Assembly (NCBI GenBank): GCA_035294305.1
Contig: DATGLD010000036.1
Coordinates: 8,244 to 72,243, forward strand
Source of the DNA: Ktedonobacteraceae bacterium
Lineage (GTDB): Bacteria; Chloroflexota; Ktedonobacteria; Ktedonobacterales; Ktedonobacteraceae
DNA: 64,000 nt
Reading direction: 5' to 3'
The translations under genes were made by a program, and so were the position numbers. The notes below the pieces were generated by a model, which saw nothing but the letters and a program-made list of their open reading frames with translations, was not told the DNA's origin and did no database searches. Shown in pieces: positions 39,396-48,971 of this stretch; the first letter of the stretch is position 1; every line of letters starts with the position of its first letter.

Positions 39396-40441
39396 TACGT
39401 GGCATATCCGTTATCGTTATACCACCGGACCGCCCGCTCCAGAGCGGCAGTCACAGCTGTTGCTTCGTAACCAAGCTCAGCTTGAGCTTTGGCGCAACTG
39501 ACATACATGTGATGGCGGGCCATGCGCACACCCTCCAGAGGAATGAGTGGCGCGGCCATACCACCCTTTCCATCACGTAAAAGTTTGCAACGCAACTCAT
39601 CAGCCAGGCCAAGTGAAAGTGCCAGGTGATAGGGAATGCGAATAGTGGGGGCAGTGCGGCCACAGATCTGGGCCAGGCGCTCCCACAGCTGCGATAAGCC
39701 GAGATTCTCACCACCCACCAGGTAGCGCTCTCGTAGCCGACCACGCCGCAGCGCCAGCACATGCGCCCTGGCGACATCTTCCACCGCCACCACGTTCATT
39801 CCACCACCTAACGTGCCAAAAATACGCCCGCGCATAAAATCCACGATCATCTTTCCCGTCGGAGTGGGCTTCCAGTCTCCTGGGCCAACGGGCGCCGTCG
39901 GCAAAATAAGTACAACCGGTACCTGCGCGGCCAGCGCTGCCCGGGCCTGCTCCAATTTGGAACGATGGTACGCCGAGGAATCCGCCTCTACATCCCAGTC
40001 CTCCTCAGTCGCTAGACGCCCATTATAACTCGGCCCCACAGTCGACGAACTCGAAGTGACAATAGCACGCTCAATACCTGCCAGGTGAGCTGCCTCAAGC
40101 AGACCAGCCGTGCCCGTTACGTTTGTTTCAAACATCTTGCGATGCATGCCCGGCAGGAAGGAGTAAAGGGCAGCAACGTGTATCAGATAGCGGCAGCCGG
40201 CCATATGCTGGATAAGATCGCCAGGGCGTTCGATATCACCCACGACAGCCGTACAGCCCTCTAGCGGGGGCAGCGGCCTGGAGCCCGGACGTACCAGCGC
40301 GCGCACGCGATATTGCGCCGCCAGTAACGCACGCAGGACATGACTGCCCACAAAGCCACTGGCTCCCGTCAAGAAGACCTCTTCTCCGGCGCCGGTCACT
40401 TCCTGTAACTGCTCAGCCATCAGTTTTGTATTGCCATCCAT
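39395..40441 (-). CDS. hpnA: hopanoid-associated NAD-dependent sugar epimerase/dehydratase
   Basis: Rossmann VFLTGASGFVGSH and catalytic YHRSK. Located between hpnH and hpnG. Confidence 0.75.
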   Translation of the reverse strand: MDGNTKLMAEQLQEVTGAGEEVFLTGASGFVGSHVLRALLAAQYRVRALVRPGSRPLPPLEGCTAVVGDIERPGDLIQHMAGCRYLIHVAALYSFLPGMHRKMFETNVTGTAGLLEAAHLAGIERAIVTSSSSTVGPSYNGRLATEEDWDVEADSSAYHRSKLEQARAALAAQVPVVLILPTAPVGPGDWKPTPTGKMIVDFMRGRIFGTLGGGMNVVAVEDVARAHVLALRRGRLRERYLVGGENLGLSQLWERLAQICGRTAPTIRIPYHLALSLGLADELRCKLLRDGKGGMAAPLIPLEGVRMARHHMYVSCAKAQAELGYEATAVTAALERAVRWYNDNGYAT

Positions 40442-40474
40442 CTAAGCTCACTCAGACTTACTCAATCAATACGG

Positions 40475-41515
40475 CTACTTTTTGTGAAGAGCAGAGCGCA
40501 GGCCATCGCTTAACACATCAGCTGTGGCACGTATCGTCTCGCGGGGCGACCTGGTGGTGGCAATCACCGCAGTTGGCTCATAACCACAGTGCGCCATACA
40601 ATTGGCACAGCGAGGGTCCCTGCCGCGTCCATAATTTTCCCACGGCGTGGTCTCGATCAGTTCCCGGTACGAGCTGGCATAGCCATCGGCCATCAGATAA
40701 CAGGGTCGCTGCCAACCCAGCACCGAATAGCTGGGGATACCCCAGGCGGTGCAGGCAAAGTCGACCTTGCCCTCAAGAAAATCCAGGAACAGAGGGGAGT
40801 GATTCAGGCGCCACTTCTTGCGCCTGCCATCGGCAAAGGCCTGGCGAAAGATCTCACGTGTCCGCGCAACGCCGAGAAAATGTTCCTGATCGGGCGCCTT
40901 CTCGTAGGCATAGCCGGGTGAAATTTGCATCGCATCTACTTGCAGATCGTCATTCAGAAAATCGAGTACGTCACGAATGCTACGGGCATCGTCCTGAGTA
41001 AAAAATGTGGTGTTGGTGGTCACGCGAAATCCCCGGCGCTTCGCTTCCTTGATTGCCGCAACCGCCTTGTCGAATACGCCTTGCCTGGCAACCGATTCAT
41101 CATGGCGCTCCCTCAAGCCGTCAATATGAACCGACCAGGAAAAATAGGGCGAAGGGGTGAACAGATCGAGCTTCTTGCCCATCAGGATAGCGTTGGTGCA
41201 CAGGTAGACAAAGCGCTTGCGCTCTATCAATGCCGCCGCGATTTGATCGATCTCGCGGTGGATGAGCGGCTCCCCTCCAGCGATGGAAACGATTGGCGCG
41301 CCGCACTCCTCAACCGCGTCGATACACTGCTGCACGCTAAGCCGCCGCGCCAGGATATCCTGTGGGTGCTGTATCTTACCGCAGCCCGCGCAGGCCAGGT
41401 TGCACTGGTAGAGCGGTTCAAGCTGTAACACCAGCGGAAACTTCTCGCGACCTTTCAGCCGCTGCCGAATAATATACGCCCCAATTCGTAGATTTTGTCG
41501 TAACGTGACCGCCAT
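40475..41515 (-). CDS. hpnH: radical SAM adenosylhopane synthase
   Basis: CNLACAGCGK radical-SAM cluster motif, about 346 aa, divergent from shc. Confidence 0.8.
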   Translation of the reverse strand: MAVTLRQNLRIGAYIIRQRLKGREKFPLVLQLEPLYQCNLACAGCGKIQHPQDILARRLSVQQCIDAVEECGAPIVSIAGGEPLIHREIDQIAAALIERKRFVYLCTNAILMGKKLDLFTPSPYFSWSVHIDGLRERHDESVARQGVFDKAVAAIKEAKRRGFRVTTNTTFFTQDDARSIRDVLDFLNDDLQVDAMQISPGYAYEKAPDQEHFLGVARTREIFRQAFADGRRKKWRLNHSPLFLDFLEGKVDFACTAWGIPSYSVLGWQRPCYLMADGYASSYRELIETTPWENYGRGRDPRCANCMAHCGYEPTAVIATTRSPRETIRATADVLSDGLRSALHKK

Positions 41516-41669
41516 AGCTCGCTCCTATCTCCTCTACTGCATGAACAATAACTATGCCTGACGTTAGAGTGTGCCATTTCCGCATAGTCGAAAAAACGGC
41601 ACAAGGCTACCAGCGTCGATGACTCTGGTTTTCCAATACATCCCTAGCAAAGAAATTTAATCTTGTTGC

Positions 41670-41678
41670 TGCTATAAT
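41670..41678 (+). promoter_or_regulatory. extended -10 element TGCTATAAT upstream of shc
   Basis: TGCTATAAT lies about 143 nt upstream of ATG 41821. The leader contains an inverted repeat, CAAGGGGATGCAA...TTGCATCCCCTG. Confidence 0.4.
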
Positions 41679-41820
41679 AAAAATGAAGCAAGACTTGTAG
41701 ATAACCTATCATATGCAGCAAGGGGATGCAAACTGAACAGTATACAATTGTAGAGTCCATTTTTCTTGCATCCCCTGTTGATGAATTTGATAAAAGATGA
41801 TGATGTGAAAGGTTTAATAG

Positions 41821-43731
41821 ATGGGAAAGAACATACTAAGCGAGGAAAGCGAACCTCAATTGCAGCAGTCGCTTGATCGAGCAGTACAATGGCTGCTGGA
41901 GCATCAGGATGGCGCGGGATGGTGGTGCGGCGAACTGGAGACAAACGTGACGATGACGGCAGAACACGTCCTGCTGCTGCGCTTTCTGGAATTAGAGACC
42001 AACCTGGATCGGATCAGAGAGGGAGCCATCCGGCATATTTTGCACAATCAACGTGCTGATGGCTCATGGGCGCTTTATTTCGACGGACCTGCGGACCTGA
42101 GTACCACAATCGAAGCCTATGTTGCGCTCAAAGTCCTGGGAGTCGATCCCACTAACGAGTCGATGCGGCGGGCGCTGGCAATCATACAGCAACTGGGGGG
42201 TGTAACGAAGGCCAGAGTCTTCACCAAAATCTGGCTGGCGCTATTCGGCGAGTATCCCTGGTCTGGCATCCCAACTATGCCACCGGAGTTGATCTACCTG
42301 CCACCCAATGTGCCATTCAACCTCTACGACTTCGCATGCTGGGCGCGCGGCACTATAGCCCCGCTGACGATAGTAATCTCTCGTCGCCCGGTGAAACCGC
42401 TTGGTGTCAGCGTACCGGAACTGGTGGTTCCAGGAACCACGAGCATGTTGACACGCGTTCCAGGGTCAGGAATCTTCTGGTGGGCCGATAAGCTCCTTAA
42501 GCTCTATGAGGCTTCACCGTGGAAGCCGGGACGCTCAAAAGCTCGCCGCATGATGGCCGATTGGATCGTGGAACGCCAGGAAGCGGATGGAAGTTGGGGC
42601 GGCATCCAACCACCCTGGGTCTATTCACTGATCGCCCTGTACCTGGAGGGTATGGATGTCAATTCTCCGGTTATGCGCAAGGGAATCGAGGGACACGCGG
42701 TTTTCTCGCTGGAAGACGAGACGGGATGGCGTTTTCAAGCCTGTATGTCTCCGGTCTGGGATACCGCCTGGGCAATGCTGGCCCTACGCCGCGCTGGTAT
42801 CGGGCGCGACCATCCTGCTTTGAAGCGCGCGGTTGAGTGGCTCCTGCAGGAGCAGATTTTCACGGGTGGTGACTGGCAAGTGCGCTGTGGCAAGGTACCA
42901 TGCGGCGGTTGGGCATTTGAATTCGACAATGATATTTATCCCGATATCGACGACACGGCGGTCGTCGTGCTGGCACTGCTTGAAGCCGGGGACGAAACAG
43001 GGGTAGGGGACGCTGTAGATCAAGCGGTGCAGTGGGTGCTGGTAACACGATCTAGCAATGGAGCCTGGGGAGCATTCGACAAGGACAATACGCGAGCGAT
43101 TGTCTACAAGTTGCCATTCGCCGACTTTGGGGCGCTGCTGGATCCCCCCTCCGAAGACGTTACGGCCCACGTGCTGGAAATGCTGGCGCACGTCGATGCC
43201 CCAGACAAGGAGCTCATCATACCACGTGCGCTCAAATACTTGCGCCGCACACAGCGCCCGGATGGCTCCTGGTTCGGACGTTGGGGCGTTAATTACATCT
43301 ATGGAACGTGGTGCGTCATCTCAGCACTCGCTGCCCTGCGCGACGCCGGATACAAAGTGCAGGACATGATCGATAGGGGCTGTGCCTGGTTGCTTAAACA
43401 ACAGAACCATGATGGCGGCTGGGGCGAATCCTGCTACTCGTATATAGACGACTCATTTGCGGGCGTCGGGAAAAGTACAGCATCGCAAACGGCCTGGGCC
43501 GTTATCTCCTTGCAACTGGCCGGATTGGGCAAGCATGACGCCTGCCAGCGTGGCCTGGAATACCTTCGCGCCACGCAGCAACCAGACGGCACATGGGAAG
43601 AACGCGAGTTTACAGGCACTGGCTTCCCGCGCGATTTCTACATCAATTATCACCTGTACAGGCACGTGTTCCCGACAATGGCGCTGGCGAGAGCCTGCAA
43701 TGCACCCAAGACCAACAGCAGCCTTGCCTGA
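41821..43731 (+). CDS. shc: squalene-hopene cyclase
   Basis: Catalytic DIDDTAVVVLAL (DxDDTA) and multiple QW repeats (RADGSWALY, RPDGSWFGRWG, NHDGGWGE, QPDGTWEE). Confidence 0.95.
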   Translation: MGKNILSEESEPQLQQSLDRAVQWLLEHQDGAGWWCGELETNVTMTAEHVLLLRFLELETNLDRIREGAIRHILHNQRADGSWALYFDGPADLSTTIEAYVALKVLGVDPTNESMRRALAIIQQLGGVTKARVFTKIWLALFGEYPWSGIPTMPPELIYLPPNVPFNLYDFACWARGTIAPLTIVISRRPVKPLGVSVPELVVPGTTSMLTRVPGSGIFWWADKLLKLYEASPWKPGRSKARRMMADWIVERQEADGSWGGIQPPWVYSLIALYLEGMDVNSPVMRKGIEGHAVFSLEDETGWRFQACMSPVWDTAWAMLALRRAGIGRDHPALKRAVEWLLQEQIFTGGDWQVRCGKVPCGGWAFEFDNDIYPDIDDTAVVVLALLEAGDETGVGDAVDQAVQWVLVTRSSNGAWGAFDKDNTRAIVYKLPFADFGALLDPPSEDVTAHVLEMLAHVDAPDKELIIPRALKYLRRTQRPDGSWFGRWGVNYIYGTWCVISALAALRDAGYKVQDMIDRGCAWLLKQQNHDGGWGESCYSYIDDSFAGVGKSTASQTAWAVISLQLAGLGKHDACQRGLEYLRATQQPDGTWEEREFTGTGFPRDFYINYHLYRHVFPTMALARACNAPKTNSSLA

Positions 43732-43810
43732 TCTTTCAACAACACAGTATACTATCAGCGTGTATCGTTATTCCTATTTGTTTTGTTTGAGAGACAGGTC
43801 ATCATTCATC

Positions 43811-44575
43811 ATGCTTAGTCTTCAGGAACAGCTTCAGGATGCAATCGAACTGATGCAGGCGGCAAGGCGCATTGTCGCGCTGACAGGCGCGGGCATCAGC
43901 ACCGAGTCAGGCATTCCCGATTTTCGCAGCCCAGGCTCCATCTGGCAGCAAGAGTCGCCCGTCAGCTATTTTGATTTTTTGCATAAGCCGGAGGCGCGGC
44001 AAAAATACTGGCAAACGCGCCGCAGTCTCTCGGGACAGGTCGCAGCAGCACAGCCAAATGCTGCTCACAAGGCGCTAGCCGAACTCGAACGCCGCGGTAT
44101 CTTGCTTGGCATCATCACACAGAATTTCGACGGGCTACACTTCGATGCGGGCAACCGGCGCGAACGCATCGTTGAACTGCATGGGACATCACGAGAGGCC
44201 GCATGTACCCTGTGCGGTCGTCGCTCCTCCATCAAAGAGCTGCAACAGCGAGTTGACGCAGGCGAGATCGATCCGCGCTGCTCTGAATGCGGCGGATACC
44301 TCAAGGCGGCGACGATCTTATTCGGGCAAAAGGTTCCAGAGCAAGCATTGACTCGGGCGAAGGAGATGGCAACATCATGCGACCTTTTTCTGGTCGTCGG
44401 TTCGTCGCTCAAAGTCACACCTGCCGCGGCACTACCAGGGCTCGCACTGAGCCGCGACGTGCCTTTCATCATCATTAATTTGCAGCCGACACCGCTCGAT
44501 GATTATGCAGATGTAGTTATTCACGAACAAGCAGGGCTGGTCCTTCCACAAATCGTGGCCGGCCTCAATGTTTGA
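43811..44575 (+). CDS. cobB: NAD-dependent protein deacylase (Sir2 family)
   Basis: GAGISTESGIPDFRS, QNFDGLH, and Zn-ribbon CTLCG...CSECGG. I chose ATG 43811; the ORF extension back to 43457 overlaps shc. Confidence 0.9.
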   Translation: MLSLQEQLQDAIELMQAARRIVALTGAGISTESGIPDFRSPGSIWQQESPVSYFDFLHKPEARQKYWQTRRSLSGQVAAAQPNAAHKALAELERRGILLGIITQNFDGLHFDAGNRRERIVELHGTSREAACTLCGRRSSIKELQQRVDAGEIDPRCSECGGYLKAATILFGQKVPEQALTRAKEMATSCDLFLVVGSSLKVTPAAALPGLALSRDVPFIIINLQPTPLDDYADVVIHEQAGLVLPQIVAGLNV

Positions 44576-45206
44576 AATTCATCTCGCCCGCGCGGATTGG
44601 GATGTTGAGCCGGTTTTCCAGGGGAGCTAATGGGCAGACCCACCTATCGTTATAGGCGCACGAAGGATTGTAGGCGTAGTTAAAGTCAAGCACGAGACGT
44701 TCTAATCGGGCGCTGCCTGGCGCGGGCAAAAAATCGCTGCCCTTGATGGTGTCAAAGAGATAACGACCGCCTCCATAGCTTTCAACGGGGCAGGTGGTAT
44801 CGCGGAAAGGCAGGAACAGGCCGCCACCATAGATATTCAGCCAGTACAAAGCCAGGCCAACAGCCTGATTTTCTACTGTGAACTGGAGGCGGCCTACCCT
44901 TGTCATTGTCATCGACTCAATAGCATCCATCGGCACAGTTAATTGTACCGGCTCTACGTTGATATCGACCTCTGCGATCACACACAACGCCGGATTGTAA
45001 GGAAAATAGCGCAGACCCTGGAAATTGCGGCGCTGCTCGTCGCTTAATGCCGATTGCGGGTGATGCGCGAAGAGATCGTCTTTGGCCTCATGAAAACGTT
45101 TCCAGACACCCACAGCATCCTCACCGGCCAGCAGCGCCTGCGCCCTTGCCCGGTACATCGCAGCAACACGCGTGCGATAATCATAAAGGTTCAGGTAGTC
45201 TGACAT
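44565..45206 (-). CDS. DUF1684 domain protein
   Basis: Pattern YRTRVAAMYR...LRYFPYNPA...GGGLFLPFRD...GGGRYL...DFNYAYNPSCAYN typical of DUF1684. Confidence 0.7.
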   Translation of the reverse strand: MSDYLNLYDYRTRVAAMYRARAQALLAGEDAVGVWKRFHEAKDDLFAHHPQSALSDEQRRNFQGLRYFPYNPALCVIAEVDINVEPVQLTVPMDAIESMTMTRVGRLQFTVENQAVGLALYWLNIYGGGLFLPFRDTTCPVESYGGGRYLFDTIKGSDFLPAPGSARLERLVLDFNYAYNPSCAYNDRWVCPLAPLENRLNIPIRAGEMNFKH

Positions 45207-45267
45207 CTTTTTCCCCTCCTGGCGCAATGCATACCCCCTCTACAACATTGCTTGCTCGAAGACCTTT

Positions 45268-45714
45268 TTAGCTTTCAAGGTGAGCATTGAGTCGAATCTG
45301 CACATTGTTGCGCAACGCATTCGATACGGGGCAACCTTGTTCAGCCTGCTGAGCGGCCTTTTCAAAACTCGCCTCGTCCATGCCTGGAACCTTACCCGTA
45401 ACGTTCAGATTCATGGTCGTGATCTTAAAGCCGCCATCGACTTGCTCGAACGTGCAGGTTGCGTCCACATTCAGGCTCTCCGCGGGTGTTCCGGCCTGCG
45501 CCAGCGCATGCGAAAATGCCATCGCATAACAGGCCGCGTGCGCTGCTGCCATCAACTCTTCAGGACTCGTTTTGCCATCTGAACGCTCGGTGCGCGAGGC
45601 CCAGGTAATCGGTAGTTGGCCTATCGCTCCACTACCAACCTCCACAATCTTCCCGCTGCCTTTCACAAGGCTACCCTGCCACTCGACTCGAGCATGTCGC
45701 TCTGCCTTTACCAT
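45268..45714 (-). CDS. osmC: OsmC-family peroxiredoxin
   Basis: OsmC pattern with the two conserved Cys (AAHAACYAMA and EQGCPVSNAL). Confidence 0.85.
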   Translation of the reverse strand: MVKAERHARVEWQGSLVKGSGKIVEVGSGAIGQLPITWASRTERSDGKTSPEELMAAAHAACYAMAFSHALAQAGTPAESLNVDATCTFEQVDGGFKITTMNLNVTGKVPGMDEASFEKAAQQAEQGCPVSNALRNNVQIRLNAHLES

Positions 45715-45905
45715 GCCGATTAACTCCTTTCACTTCATGCTCTTGACTAGAGCTATTCCCAAAGGGAATACGACAAATAGCTGAGATAGACATCTCACTC
45801 TGCCGGTAAAGCGCTTACAAAGACGCCGACCAGCACCAAAAGAGTGTATCACTCACATCTGTCGACGGGCAAACCGGACCATTGGGTATGGGCGAATTGC
45901 CAACC

Positions 45906-46115
45906 CTACATTGGTTTGGAATTATATCTGCGCACGACAACAAAGATAACGACCCCCACAACTACAGCCGCAATAAAAAACCAGGGAGACTGCCAGGTAG
46001 TCGTGAGCCAGTCGCCAATCGCCAGAGCTACTGCTATAAGCGCAAGCGCTAAAATATTCAGCAGTTGATTTTGCTGGCGTGGAGGTGGTGATTTATACTT
46101 CGTCTTCTTTTTCAA
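45906..46115 (-). CDS. hypothetical small 2-TM protein
   Basis: 69-aa ORF with a Lys-rich N-terminus and two hydrophobic helices. TTG start and a distant GGAGGG. Confidence 0.3.
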   Translation of the reverse strand: MKKKTKYKSPPPRQQNQLLNILALALIAVALAIGDWLTTTWQSPWFFIAAVVVGVVIFVVVRRYNSKPM

Positions 46116-46231
46116 ACTCTGACCTATCGCCCTCCTCTAGTGGTTGCTTACCAGGTACAGCAGGGATTGCTCCCTGACATTTCTTACAGCGATACGAGAA
46201 CAGCGAGAGAACTCAAACTCTCATCTGTATT

Positions 46232-46666
46232 CTATGATATAGCACAACCGGCCGGGTCTAACAGGTGCATGTGTTCTTCGATGACCTGGAACAGGCTATC
46301 CAGGTCGAACGGTTTCTCAAGAACCGCAAGATGACGCTGCTCGAAAAGAGGTTGAAGTTGTTCGTCACCCATGGTTAAAAATACGGCAGGTATGTCTTCA
46401 AACCCTTGCATTGCAAGAATCTGGTCGTAGAGATCAAGACCATTCCCTCGTTGTAAATAATAATCGATGAGCAGCAAGTCGGGTTTGACTTGCGAGATGA
46501 CTCCAAGAGCCTGTTTACTGGAACGGGTCACTACAGGTTGATACTCACTCTCCTGTGTAAGAGCCAGGGCAAGAAGTTCGCCAATGCTTTTGTCATCTTC
46601 GACAATGAGGATGATTTTTCTTGCTCGTTGACCACCATTTACAGAGAGGTGCGCTAGATAAGTCAT
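46232..46666 (-). CDS. single-domain response regulator (CheY-like receiver)
   Basis: ILIVEDDKSIGELLALAL and PDLLLIDYYL. AAGGAGAG RBS precedes ATG 46666. Confidence 0.8.
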   Translation of the reverse strand: MTYLAHLSVNGGQRARKIILIVEDDKSIGELLALALTQESEYQPVVTRSSKQALGVISQVKPDLLLIDYYLQRGNGLDLYDQILAMQGFEDIPAVFLTMGDEQLQPLFEQRHLAVLEKPFDLDSLFQVIEEHMHLLDPAGCAIS

Positions 46667-47006
46667 GGCTCTCTCCTTCAGGTAAACGAACATTCCACAT
46701 TCCATAGAATTTCCCCAAACAAATTCTAACATACTTGTGCTGACAATAAAAGAGTTCCGGTACCAATTTCTTGATGGTTTGCCCGTAAGACGCTTTTTCA
46801 ACCTGGATTTCGGGCAGTTTTCTGTGATAGAGTAAAAATGCAGTCCTTCACCAGCAGGATGCCTTACTTAGTACTTTTATCTCATCCTTTCTAGCGTTCA
46901 AACGAAGAAGGCAGGATTATGATCCTATACTCAACATCCTCTTTCCGGCAAAAGAATCCTGGATAGCAGGATCAGATTACTTTTGAGTGAGTAAAGGAAA
47001 TATTCT

Positions 47007-47840
47007 ATGGCTCCAACAGAACCTGATGAACAGAACATCCAGGCGGATTCAAGTGCTGGGACAATACGGCTGGCTTATGGGCCTGAGTTACTCAATTTCG
47101 GCGAATTGTATCTACCAGCAAGCGCAGGGCCGCATCCGGTAGTCATACTTATCCATGGTGGCTACTGGCGCGCGCGTTATGGGCTTGATCTCATGACAGG
47201 ACTTGCCAGAGATCTCGCACAACGAGCAATCGCGACATGGAATATCGAGTACCGGCGTGTGGGCGATGATGGTGGCGGCTGGCCAGGAACGTTCGTCGAT
47301 GTGGCGCTGGCCGCCGATTACCTTCAAGAAATCGCACCTACGTATAACCTGGACTTGCAGCGCGTGATTCCTGTTGGTCATTCCGCCGGGGGCCACCTGG
47401 CATTCTGGCTGGCAGCGCGACCACGCCTGGCACCAGATAGCCCTCTGGAGACCACAACCAGGCCGCTCCCCCTGCTAGGAGCCATCAGTCTCGCCGGCGT
47501 TGTTGACCTGGAGTTGGCATGGAAGCTGCGCCTCAGCAACGGGGCCGTTATTGAACTACTTGGGGGCGACTTCGATGAACTGTCAGAGCGCTACAGGGAT
47601 GCCTCACCCGCCGCTCTTTTGCCGCTAGGCATTCCACAGGTGGTCATTCACGGGACGGCTGATGATAACGTTCCCCTGCAAATGAGCCTGGATTACGTGG
47701 CAAAAGCCAGCGCTGTCAACGATCCGATTACGTTTATTGAACTTGAGGGCGTCGATCACTTCGCGTTGATCGATCCAAATTCCGGCGCATGGGCCATTAC
47801 CATTGAACAGTTGGAGAAGTTACTTGCGGGCCACGGATGA
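47007..47840 (+). CDS. alpha/beta hydrolase (esterase/formamidase-like)
   Basis: Oxyanion region VILIHGGYW, nucleophile elbow GHSAGGH, and HGTADDNVP. Confidence 0.8.
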   Translation: MAPTEPDEQNIQADSSAGTIRLAYGPELLNFGELYLPASAGPHPVVILIHGGYWRARYGLDLMTGLARDLAQRAIATWNIEYRRVGDDGGGWPGTFVDVALAADYLQEIAPTYNLDLQRVIPVGHSAGGHLAFWLAARPRLAPDSPLETTTRPLPLLGAISLAGVVDLELAWKLRLSNGAVIELLGGDFDELSERYRDASPAALLPLGIPQVVIHGTADDNVPLQMSLDYVAKASAVNDPITFIELEGVDHFALIDPNSGAWAITIEQLEKLLAGHG

Positions 47841-48084
47841 ACCAACACGTTAGCCAGGCATTATAACGAATCTTTTGTGTAGTTTATGAGATAAGAATTT
47901 TCTTCTTGAGCTACGTATCTCTCCTTTTGACATTCCTGACAATCGCTTTCATGGCCGTCTTCTCACCTCAGGCCTTACAGAACTTCGGAATCGTTTTGGG
48001 TACCTGGTGCTGGGTCTCTTGATTGCTGTCATCGCATTGAACGCGCAGTTTAATCGCAAGCGATAACCTGAGTTGCCAACGGCA

Positions 48085-48900
48085 TCAATCTATCTTTGTA
48101 AGATACTGCGACGGTGGATCGACCAATGGCATCAACGGATAGAAAATTGCCAGTGTGAGAAAGCCTGCCGGTATATTACTGGTCTGTTTAGCATACAAGC
48201 CCGTTTGTGAGGCATAAACGTCAAAGGTGCCATTGCCCGGCTCAAAGACGGCATTCCCGTAATAGGCGTCGACAAAAGGCGAGAACCACTGGCGATTGCT
48301 TTGCATGGTCTTGAAGAAATTATCTTCGCCGCCATTTAGTTCCACGACTGTATGTTTGGAGTTGCGCTCGAGATTTGCATCCTGATAGCTTCCTTCCAGC
48401 CGTGTGAGCTTGTAGCCCGCGTGAAAACCCAGAATGTTCATCCAGGGAGGAAATTTGATGAAATCAGCCTGCAACATCCACTCGTCGCCCAGCACAGAAT
48501 AGTATTGGTCGGATGTGACGCGACCATCCTGATTGTAAAGAATCAGTTCAAGGTCCATCTGGTGGGGCACATTTGAAATCATATGGGCCTTTACCTCTGC
48601 CACTTTAATATCCGATGTATAGCCCAGGTAACTCTGCACCAGGAACGTTAACCACAACAGCGAAACTGCAACTACCAGTAAGATAATCCCACCGAGACCG
48701 TGTTCCCAGCGAAAACGACGCCGGTACCAGCGACGGCGCGGCCACCTTCCGCTACGCCTATACTCTTCCTTCTCATCTTCGCTCGGGTATGACCTGTGTG
48801 GAAGCAGGCTTCTAATGGCGGATATGAGCAATACAAGACCTATGAGAGCTACTATAAATTCAATGACCTGTGGCAATCCTACGTTGATGGGAAAAGTCAT
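48085..48900 (-). CDS. hypothetical 2-TM membrane protein with an Arg-rich cytoplasmic loop and a ~190-aa extracytoplasmic domain
   Basis: TM1 VIEFIVALIGLVLLISAI, loop RRSGRWPRRRWYRRRFRW, TM2 GGIILLVVAVSLLWLTFLV. AGGAG lies 7 nt before ATG 48900. Confidence 0.6.
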   Translation of the reverse strand: MTFPINVGLPQVIEFIVALIGLVLLISAIRSLLPHRSYPSEDEKEEYRRSGRWPRRRWYRRRFRWEHGLGGIILLVVAVSLLWLTFLVQSYLGYTSDIKVAEVKAHMISNVPHQMDLELILYNQDGRVTSDQYYSVLGDEWMLQADFIKFPPWMNILGFHAGYKLTRLEGSYQDANLERNSKHTVVELNGGEDNFFKTMQSNRQWFSPFVDAYYGNAVFEPGNGTFDVYASQTGLYAKQTSNIPAGFLTLAIFYPLMPLVDPPSQYLTKID

Positions 48901-48971
48901 AGCAATCTCCTGCCTTTCGCCATGCATTCCGAAGAAGATGTCTATCTACCAGCCTTTTTTAGTAACACGTA

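Noticed and set aside
43457-43810. Long 5' extension of the Sir2 ORF overlapping the end of shc.
   Set aside because: The extension is an out-of-frame read of shc and the spacer, and is low-complexity Arg/Ser/Thr-rich. The Sir2 homology starts at MLSLQEQL (ATG 43811).
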